Shown piece after piece: positions 37,481-45,854 of a DNA stretch of 64,000 nt. The number at the start of each line of letters is the position of its first letter. Positions within the stretch are counted from its first letter, which is position 1. This DNA comes from Paecilomyces variotii (lineage: Eukaryota): assembly GCA_004022145.1 (NCBI GenBank), contig RCNU01000002.1. The stretch is one strand, 5' to 3'. Position numbers and translations under genes: made by a program. The notes beneath the pieces were generated by a model. It worked only from the letters and a program-made list of their open reading frames with translations. It had not been told where the DNA came from and did not search any database.

Positions 37481-39748
37481 ATGCCGTCCCGACGACCAAT
37501 TTACTTCAATCCCGCAGCGGCACATGAGCGCTACAGTGCTGCACGAAGCGACAGTCCGAGGCAATTTCATCGATCGCTTCCTAACTATGCGCCTACATCG
37601 CTCGTATCGCTCCCTGGTCTCGCGACAGAACTAGGTGTCCGCGCTGTCTACGTCAAAGATGAAAGTAATCGATTTACCTTGCCATCCTTCAAAGTTCTGG
37701 GTGCATCATGGGGATGCTTTCGTGCTGTCACGTCGTATCTGGGATTGTCATCGACAGTTGACTTGAATGAAGTCGCGAAGCAAGCTAAAGACAGCGCTAT
37801 TACTCTCGTGGCAGCAACGGAGGGAAACCATGGGCGTGCTGTCGCGTACATGGCGCAATTGTTGGGCATTATTAGTATTATTTTCGTCCCGGATCATATG
37901 GACGAAAAAACACGTTCTCTTATTGCTGCGCAGGGCGCTCAAGTCGTCGTCGTGCAAGGAGATTATGATAGAGCCGTGCAAGAGGCATCAAGCCACACAC
38001 AGAATACCAGCGGTGCATTGTTAATTCAGGACACAGCATTTGAGGGGTACGAGGATGTCCCTGCATGGATTGTTGAGGGATATTCGACCATGATGGTTGA
38101 AATTGAAGAACAGCTGGGAGAGCTCGGGCTGCGTAGCAGTGTGGTGGTTACTCCTGTGGGTGTTGGTAGCTTAGCACATGCTGTGTCGAGATACTGCAAG
38201 GCCCAAAACCCACCTGTTTCGGTTGTCACTGTCGAGCCTGACTCTGCACCATGTCTGATATCGAGTCTAGATGCCGGAAAACAGGTGACATTACAGACAT
38301 CCTCAACAATTATGGATGGTATGAACTGCGGGACTGTTTCATCTATTGCATGGCCATACTTGCAGCGCTTCGTTGACGCTTCTGTTACTGTATCATGCTA
38401 CGAGAGCCATTCCGCGGTGCAGTATCTTTCTTCACGATCGGTTCCTGCTGGTCCCTGTGGGGGCGCGTCATTGGCTGCGTTGCGGCATCTTGCTGCATCG
38501 GGTGAAGCTACGTCGCTTCTGAACGAAGGCTCGGTTGTGGTTCTTCTCAGCACTGAGGGTAAAAGGGACTATCCGGCCGTACGCGACGTATCTGTGGATG
38601 ATGCTGTGAGCTTGACTCAAGTTCTCACACAGATAAACTCTTCGAACCCTACATTGTCCTTGGCGGACGGAGTGGGTGAGAATCAGATTGTTGACTATCT
38701 GGTTGCATGGCTCCGCCATCGTGATATTGAGTATCACCGGGTTGAGACTGTCCCTGGTCGACCGTCAATTATAGGGATCCTGCGCGGCGCTGGAGGAGGA
38801 AAATCATTGATGTTCAACGGTCATCTCGATACAGTCAGCCTGTCCAGCTACGAAACGGATCCTCTGTCAGGATCTTTGGGAACCAAAAATGGCAAACAGG
38901 TTGTGTTTGGGAGAGGTAGTCTTGATATGAAGGGTGGCTTGTCTGCAGCGCTCGCCGCCTTAGCCACTATCAAGACTGGCGGAAGTACCCTTCGGGGCGA
39001 CATGATTGTCGCTGCTGTTTCGGACGAAGAAGATGCTTCCCAAGGAACAAGAGACATCCTGGCAGCTGGTTGGCGTGCTGACGCGGCGGTCATTCCAGAA
39101 CCCACGAGGGGTGTCATTGCAACCGCACATAAAGGCTTTTTGTGGGTAGAGGTCGACATCCTTGGAGTTGCTGCTCATGGATCGGATCCTTCAAAAGGCG
39201 AGGATGCTATCCTCCATACAGGATGGTTTCTACGAGCTCTAGAAGAGTACCAGCGCCAATTGCCTGTCGACGATGTCTTGGGACAAGCAACACTGCATTG
39301 CGCCCTGATCAGAGGCGGCGAAGAGCCATCTTCCTATCCGGGACTATGCACGCTCACGATCGAATTTCGTACAATCCCGTCTCAAACCGAACAGTCTATC
39401 TTGCACGACATCACTGAAATACTGAGAGGCATCTCACAGGAGAATGCTCGGTTTCGATTCGCTGAACCTCGCATCAAATTATCCCGTCCCCCACAGAAAC
39501 TTGCTGCTAGTCATCCTTTTACAGAACAGCTTGTGGCCTGCGCGTCCAGGGTTTTGGGAAGACGACCAGAGGTTCAAAGCGTTCCGTTTTGGTGCGATGC
39601 AGCCTTACTCAGCGAAGCTGGGATCCCATCAATTGTATATGGTCCTGTCGGTGAAGGCCTACACAGTAAAGAGGAATGGGTTGAGGTGGAGAGTCTCCAG
39701 GAAATGGAGAAGGTGTTTATACAATTAGTAGAAGAATTCTGCTGTTAG
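37481..39748 (+). CDS. Fusion protein: N-terminal PLP-dependent diaminopropionate ammonia-lyase (DpaL/YgeX-like) plus C-terminal M20 ArgE/DapE-type deacylase; intronless
   Basis: DAPAL motifs YAPTSL, VKDESNRFTLPSFKVLGA (PLP Lys), TEGNHGRAVA, IQDTAFEGY, PVGVGS, TIMDGMNCG, LLSTEG. M20 motifs FNGHLDTV, GRGSLDMKGG, SDEE, PEPT, AAHGS, GLHSKEEWV. Confidence 0.92.
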   Translation: MPSRRPIYFNPAAAHERYSAARSDSPRQFHRSLPNYAPTSLVSLPGLATELGVRAVYVKDESNRFTLPSFKVLGASWGCFRAVTSYLGLSSTVDLNEVAKQAKDSAITLVAATEGNHGRAVAYMAQLLGIISIIFVPDHMDEKTRSLIAAQGAQVVVVQGDYDRAVQEASSHTQNTSGALLIQDTAFEGYEDVPAWIVEGYSTMMVEIEEQLGELGLRSSVVVTPVGVGSLAHAVSRYCKAQNPPVSVVTVEPDSAPCLISSLDAGKQVTLQTSSTIMDGMNCGTVSSIAWPYLQRFVDASVTVSCYESHSAVQYLSSRSVPAGPCGGASLAALRHLAASGEATSLLNEGSVVVLLSTEGKRDYPAVRDVSVDDAVSLTQVLTQINSSNPTLSLADGVGENQIVDYLVAWLRHRDIEYHRVETVPGRPSIIGILRGAGGGKSLMFNGHLDTVSLSSYETDPLSGSLGTKNGKQVVFGRGSLDMKGGLSAALAALATIKTGGSTLRGDMIVAAVSDEEDASQGTRDILAAGWRADAAVIPEPTRGVIATAHKGFLWVEVDILGVAAHGSDPSKGEDAILHTGWFLRALEEYQRQLPVDDVLGQATLHCALIRGGEEPSSYPGLCTLTIEFRTIPSQTEQSILHDITEILRGISQENARFRFAEPRIKLSRPPQKLAASHPFTEQLVACASRVLGRRPEVQSVPFWCDAALLSEAGIPSIVYGPVGEGLHSKEEWVEVESLQEMEKVFIQLVEEFCC

Positions 39749-40150
39749 ACTTCGATGACATCGTGGAGATAGATGATCCATCAACCATCAAGTGCGGGTA
39801 ATTGTGCAATGTTATATATGGCTGGAAGAATGACAGTTAGATGATAAAACCTGTACATAAGAGACTTCTCAGAAATCGAAGATTTTTGTAATTTCTCTTG
39901 ACTTTTCGTGAATAAATGATCTCAGATCATCCAGTCGATGTTGCATGGATTGAGAGTGGGCTAACTTGTTCGGGTTAGGTCACATGAGTCAATGGTCTGC
40001 AAAAGTACCTGTCGTCGAGCAATAATTCTACATCAGATACCAGACCAACTGATCCTTCGCCGGCTTTATGATCTTTATGATCTCAAATTCTATCAAATTT
40101 CCACGGCTTTTTTCTGTATCTTTGTTGGTTCTCCGTAGGATCGGGTGGTA

Positions 40151-41865
40151 ATGGATCCGCCATTTCCCTTCGACCCTCCTCATCTGGAGGATTCAGTTGA
40201 TCCTAACATTTTATACAATTTCGATCAGTACTATTCAGATAGTACTGATCAGAACGGAGTGGTTCTACCCCAAACAGAACAAAGTCAGGGACCTTTCCAG
40301 CCCTTACCATTGGTAAGTGACGCTCCTCCCATGCCTTCAGTCGGGACTTCTCCGTTACCTCTATCCCAGGAGAGTCTGGTAAATGTATCTCAATGGCTAG
40401 AGGGCTCGTATCATCCTCCTGTGCCCTGTGCCCACTGCCGCAAGTATCGATTGCAATGTCTCATTATTCGGACCACAGAGGCCAATCCAAACCCAACCAT
40501 GGCCTGCTCCAGCTGTGTAGCCCTCTTCCGGGAGTGCAGTTTAGCACGAGGCGAGAAACGCCACCCATCACAATTTGAGACTCAGTTTCCAGTATTAGGC
40601 CATCTCCATGGCTTGCCGGAAGTCGAAGATGGAGTGAGTGAGCAACATTCTATAGCGAGAAATGATCTAACCATGAAATTTAGAATAACACGCCAGAGCT
40701 TCCGTTCGACAATGTCAATAATAAGGCGCGCAAAGACTCTAAACATTTTGTGAGAAAAGGTGCCCGAATTCTCAGGGAATGGTTCTATCAACACCAGGAA
40801 TATCCGTATCCCACGGAAGAGCAAAAATCGCACCTGTCACAAGAGACCGGTTTTTCACAGAGAAGAATTTCGACTTGGTTTGCCAATGCACGGCGGCGCC
40901 AGAAACAACAGCTCCGTTCATCAACGCTTCCATCAGTCTCTCGTTTCCGTTCGGGGTCACCCATGATTACCAGTACATTATCGACGATGACTCCTCTGGA
41001 TCGTTGGCGAGCGTCACCTCCAGAAGATGAACCTGTCTCTCAATCTGTTATTCAGAATGCCATTGCCTCGGCTGCAATGGAGACTGACGCCCCTTCTGAT
41101 ATTCTCCCGATGGATGGATCTATGGAGGATCTGTTCGATTTTGATGAAGCCTCGTCACATCTAGCTTCTTCCGCCTCAAGCTTCGAAAGCAGAGCATCGG
41201 AAACATCCGATAGCGTTTCTTCAGCATACCACTCCGCAGGAGACGGAGAGTTGCCGTTTCCGCTGCTTCCCAAAAGGACACGGCCACGGCAAAGACGGCC
41301 CAGACAGGTTCCTGCAGGAGACGACGGTCGATATCAATGCACGTTCTGCACACGAACATTCAAGAAGAAACATGATTGGTCTCGGCATGAAAAGAGCGTC
41401 CACCTTCCACTCGATTCGTGGATCTGCGCACTGGATCTCAGCCATATTCAACAGCTTACGGAATCTGAACCACGCGAATGCCCTTTCTGCGAGATCCCAT
41501 TCCCTCCTCCTACCCACTGGGAAGAACATGATTTCCATACCTGTGCTGCAAAGCCAGTAGCCGAGCGATCGTTCAGTCGAAGAGACCACCTGTGGCAACA
41601 TCTCCGCAAATTCCATGGATGCACGAAAAGCCCCGTTCCTGATCTGGATGCCTGGCGCGGCACGGGCGCGGATATCCAGAGCCGCTGTGGGTTTTGCAAG
41701 TGCACGTTGCCCACATGGAGTTCGCGCGTAGACCATTTAGCGGAGCATTTCAAAGATGGATCTCGTATGCCTCAGTGGGAAGGAGACTGGGGTCTAGATC
41801 CGATTGCATCAAGCATGTTGCGAAATGCAGTTCTGCCGTCCCAACGGTCCTTGACGAGCTCATAA
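40151..41865 (+). CDS. Transcription factor with Cys6-like cluster, TALE-type homeodomain and C2H2 fingers (intron 40634-40683)
   Basis: CAHCRKYRLQC...CSSCVALFREC; LREWFYQHQEYPYPTEEQK...ISTWFANARRR; YQCTFCTRTFKKKHDWSRHEKSVH plus further C/H fingers. Phase-0 GTGAGT...CTAAC...TAG intron joins the two ORFs. Confidence 0.9.
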
Positions 41866-42057
41866 GGTTACCATTCATCATAGTACCTAATCTACAAATC
41901 CTGGCGGACCACTGAATATTTCTTGTCTATGAGAATGAAACTCTGTACCATAGCGCATATAAATAAAATATAGATATCAATGTAACTAATATTAATGAAC
42001 CGATCAGTCGTTAAAATTGTCTTTTCCCATACAGGTTAGATCTATGGCTGTCGTACT

Positions 42058-42107
42058 CCTTTCCGTCGTCCGTGCGTTCGTCCCTCGGCGAGTCGACGGC
42101 GGAAAGG
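42058..42107. other. GC-rich inverted repeat (13-bp stem, 24-nt loop)
   Basis: CCTTTCCGTCGTC (42058-42070) pairs with GACGGCGGAAAGG (42095-42107), with one G-T/U wobble. Confidence 0.75.
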
Positions 42108-42129
42108 TGAAATTCAAAATGTCGAAATG

Positions 42130-42670
42130 TCGGAATTTCAACGACAATTCCTTCTCCCACATATTAACCCTACATTCGATTCCTGAATTTCAATCGATTC
42201 CAAAGTATTCCCAGTCTCATTTCACTCATAAATCATTCAAATTCCCGAATTTCATGGTGGTTAAAAAGTTATTCCAGAATTTCATTTTTGAAATTCAAAA
42301 ATCCTACAGGGGAATTTCAGCATTTCTCCACTGACATTTTCTTATCCTGCGTTAACCCTGCGATCAATTTTTGGATTTCATTCACTTCTATATTCTTCAT
42401 AATCTAATCTCACTAGAAAACTACTCAAATAGTTATAATTCATGGTGGTTAAAAAGATATCCCAGAATTTCACTTTTTGAAATTCAAAAATCCTAACCGT
42501 GAATTTCATCCTTTTCCCACTGAAATTCTCTTATCCTGCATTCATCCTTCATTCGTTTTTTGAATTTCATTCACTTCCATATTCTTCATGATCTAATTTC
42601 ACCAGATATCTATTCAAAAAGTTAAATTTCATCGTGGTCAAAAAGATATTCTAAAATGTCACTTTTTTCT
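42130..42670. repeat. AT-rich tandem repeat, ~188-bp period: two full copies plus degenerate/partial flanking copies
   Basis: Units start CATGGTGGTTAAAAAG at 42253 and 42441 and CATCGTGGTCAAAAAG at 42630. Both full units contain TTTTTGAAATTCAAAAATCCTA, TCTTATCCTGC and ATTTCATTCACTT. Confidence 0.9.
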
Positions 42671-42844
42671 TTTCATTGCGTTTTTCTTTTTAGTTGCAGA
42701 TAAGCTCCGATAGGTACTTAGTTAGTTATGCGCTAGACGTCACTGCTCTTATGTTAGCGCCAGAGTTAGCATTTTGCGTCAGGAACCACTTCTCCATCCA
42801 CGAGAGAAGGGGAAAAGCAATCATACAGGAAAACAACTACCGCA

Positions 42845-44177
42845 ATGGCATCGGAAAATCCTCAGACGGAGGAGAGTCATCCTCAGCTTTTATCCCCGAG
42901 TGAATTGGGGACGAAGGAATAGTAAGTATCGGTCGTGATTTTTATTCTCTTTTTTTCTTCCCCGGTACCCCGCTATGCGACCCCTCAATTTCTGCGATAT
43001 CGATTTCGCCTTTCAGAAATTAGAATATATTATTTTCTACCAAAAAAAAATTAAATAAACTAACTCGTCCATTGGATACTCTAGCTGGGAAACCTTCTAT
43101 GACCGCAGCCTCTCCCACATCTCCTCGAAGCGCAAACCGGGCGCACACATAACTCCTACTCCCGAATACATCACCCAGAAAGCCCAGGGCAATAATGATT
43201 CTGACGATGAAGAGGAGGAAGTCGACGATGACGACGACCCCGGTACATCCTGGTTTTCCGAACACAACGCCCCCGAGAAAGTCCTCAAGTTCCTGACATC
43301 TGCGAAATTCCCGCTCTCGCCACGCAACACCCTACCGCGAAGCAGCACGTCCGCGACGAATAAGAAGAAAGGACTTGACAAGACGACGGAGCAGCCTAGT
43401 ATTCTGGATCTGGGCACTGGGAATGGGAGCATGTTGGCGCTATTGCGGAAACGTGGCGGGTTCAAGGGCTTGATGGTCGGTGTGGATTACTCGCCGCGAA
43501 GCGTGGAATTGGCGCGGGAACTGCAGCGGTTGAAGATCCATTCGGCGTATGAGTCGGATGATTACGATGATACCGATGAAGAGTCCTACACGTCTGATGC
43601 AGTGCAACCGCCGGAACCGGATGAGGAAGAGGATGATGTCGTCGTAGCGGATAATGAGAGCGCTACGGAGGCGATCCCTGTCCCTGATGAAGAAGAGAGC
43701 ACCGAGATTCGTTTCGAGGAATGGGATATTCTGGGCTCGACGGATCCCCTGACGAAAGAGGAAAAGAAAGCGCAAGGCGGAAAAGGTCTGGATTGGTTTC
43801 CCTATGAGAAAGGCGGGTTTGACATCGTTCTCGACAAGGGGACTTTCGATGCCGTGTCACTCTCGGATGAAGTCGTCGACGAAGGGGGCAAGGGCTCTGG
43901 CAAGATTGTCCAGAGACGAGTATGTGAGCGGTACCCGGACATTGCGACGCGGCTGGTCCGCAAAGGTGGATTCCTGGTTGTGACGAGCTGCAATTGGACG
44001 GAGGAGGAGCTCATACAGTGGTTTACCGGTCGCACAGGCGAAGAGGCAAAGGACGAGAATGGGGAAGATGGTCTGTACGTTTGGGGAAGAGTGGAGTATC
44101 CGAGGTTTCAGTTCGGAGGGCACGAAGGACAAGGAGTATGCACGGTTTGTTTTAGAAGGAGATGTGGGAAGGCTTGA
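42845..44177 (+). CDS. EFM4: Elongation factor protein-lysine N-methyltransferase EFM4/SEE1 (intron 42922-43084)
   Basis: Spliced PSELGTKEYWETFY, SWFSEH, ILDLGTGNGSML (SAM motif I), FDIVLDKGTFDAVSL, VTSCNWTEEEL, YPRFQFGGHEG. Confidence 0.93.
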
Positions 44178-45013
44178 TGCATGAAGCGTATAAAGAAAAA
44201 AAGAAACCCGGGATTTCCATCATGTCTAGAGCATTTACTTCGTGTGACATGATTCAAAAAGTTTTGCTGTAGATCAAACTCGGGATGAGCTAACTTAACA
44301 GAGAGGAAGAAGAGAATGTTTAGGACCTAAGCCTATTGTTTATTTTCAATATAGCAAGAAATACAATTAATATTAAGGACTTCTTCGGCATTTCCGGCCC
44401 ACCTATTTGAACAATCGCAAATACAATTACTACAAGAGGATAGAATTTCCCTTATTGATGCATTGGCAGCGCTGTATGTCGAATGTTGAATGGGGCACGG
44501 AAGCATGGGCAATTGATAGCTGCTTGCTGCTCGCTCGCTTGCTTGCCTGAATCTAGTTCTAGGGGGTCCTCGCATACAAAGAATCTAGATCCTAGTCATC
44601 TAGTAGGTTCCATCGGATAATTGCAAACGGATGCCTGCACCTAGCATTTTGTTGAGCTTTGGATCACGGAGTTGAGCGATGGTAGTAGGTATAGCTGCAT
44701 ATCCGTTGTCTCAGATAGCTACATAGCAAACAGGTGCAGCTCGGCTTCATACAGAGATCTGGAATCCGACACGGTTGCTTTGTACGCCGAGAATATGAGC
44801 TGACGACATTGCCTGCATCATTGCCTGACAAGAGTTATGTATGGGTGAGCCACAGATGCCTAGATAATTCCATATTTAAGTAGCATCGCATTCCGGCAAC
44901 TTCTCTTATACTACCTCATAAACTGGGACTATCCACGAGACATAGAAATATCAGCATTACTTAGCCCAAAAAGCCTTTCAGAATATTTCTTCGATAATAC
45001 AAAGATTATCAAA

Positions 45014-45278
45014 ATGCCGAACGAGATGACCAAGTCCGATTCAGCGAGGATCCAGTCCTCCCAGGTACCCGTTACGCTTCAGCTGAGCTTCACATCCAGG
45101 CTAATTCTGTGAATAATAGGCCAAAAGTGGTGGCGACATGTCCTCGAAAGGCTTTGCCTCTCGCGCTCAAGCAGCTGGCGACCGTTCGGCCAACTCACAG
45201 TCAGCGAGTCAAAGCACCCAAAGCCATAGTTCCTCGGCATATACCAAATCATCGGGTTCTACGGGGCGCTCTCAATAA
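45014..45278 (+). CDS. Small 69-aa seed-maturation-protein (SMP/LEA)-like hydrophilin (intron 45065-45119); not in ORF track
   Basis: MPNEMTKSDSARIQSSQ|AKSGGDMSSKGFASRAQAAGDRSAN...; AAAATG start; GTACCC...GCTAAT...TAG intron in phase 0. The MTxxDxxRIQS and GFAxRAQxAxD pattern is typical of fungal SMP-like proteins. Confidence 0.82.
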
Positions 45279-45495
45279 TGGCTCGTTGTCGCCATCTCCT
45301 CCCCAGATGAAACGGGCTGTTTCTATTTACTTTCTGGATGCCTTTGCGTTGGCGCGTGGGACTCGACGATGGTTTTCAAGACTATTAGTTCTGATTCCCT
45401 CGGGTTTTCAAAGAGGAATAAAACAGCTGCGTTGATGCTGTGTCTGGCAGCGCTCGGCGGTGGGGTTGATTTCTTTTTTTCTTTCTTTCTTTTTT

Positions 45496-45502
<7 letters not shown>

Positions 45503-45527
<25 letters not shown>

Positions 45528-45531
45528 CTCT
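45503..45531. repeat. (CT)n microsatellite
   Basis: Visible CT run following a T-rich tract. Confidence 0.8.
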
Positions 45532-45854
45532 CAGTTACAGATGCGCCAATGCGTAGTCGAAAGTGGCATGTGACTTGGGGGCGGTTTAGAAAAGGAGGCG
45601 AGAGCTGGGCCGTTTTACTTAGGGGGTTTAGAGATACTTGCATATGGCGACGCCGGATTCAACACGAGGCGTACAGCAAGAGTTGCACTGGTACAGTAAT
45701 TCAACATTAGCCGCTTACTTTCTTTCCAACTGAATTCTTCCTATATGTAGGAGTGTCTTTCAATGAGAGTGTATACAAGGAAGGCTCACTAGCAACGCTT
45801 GTACTTAGTCCACTGCTTTAGTCTCGAAAAGATCAAGCTTGGCTCACTGTCGTT

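Noticed and set aside
42107-42670. Heat-shock element array or CRISPR-like array interpretation of the repeats
   Set aside because: Motifs are GAA-N-TTC rather than the HSE spacing GAA-NN-TTC. Units are contiguous ~188-bp duplications with no unique spacers, there are no cas genes, and the DNA is eukaryotic.
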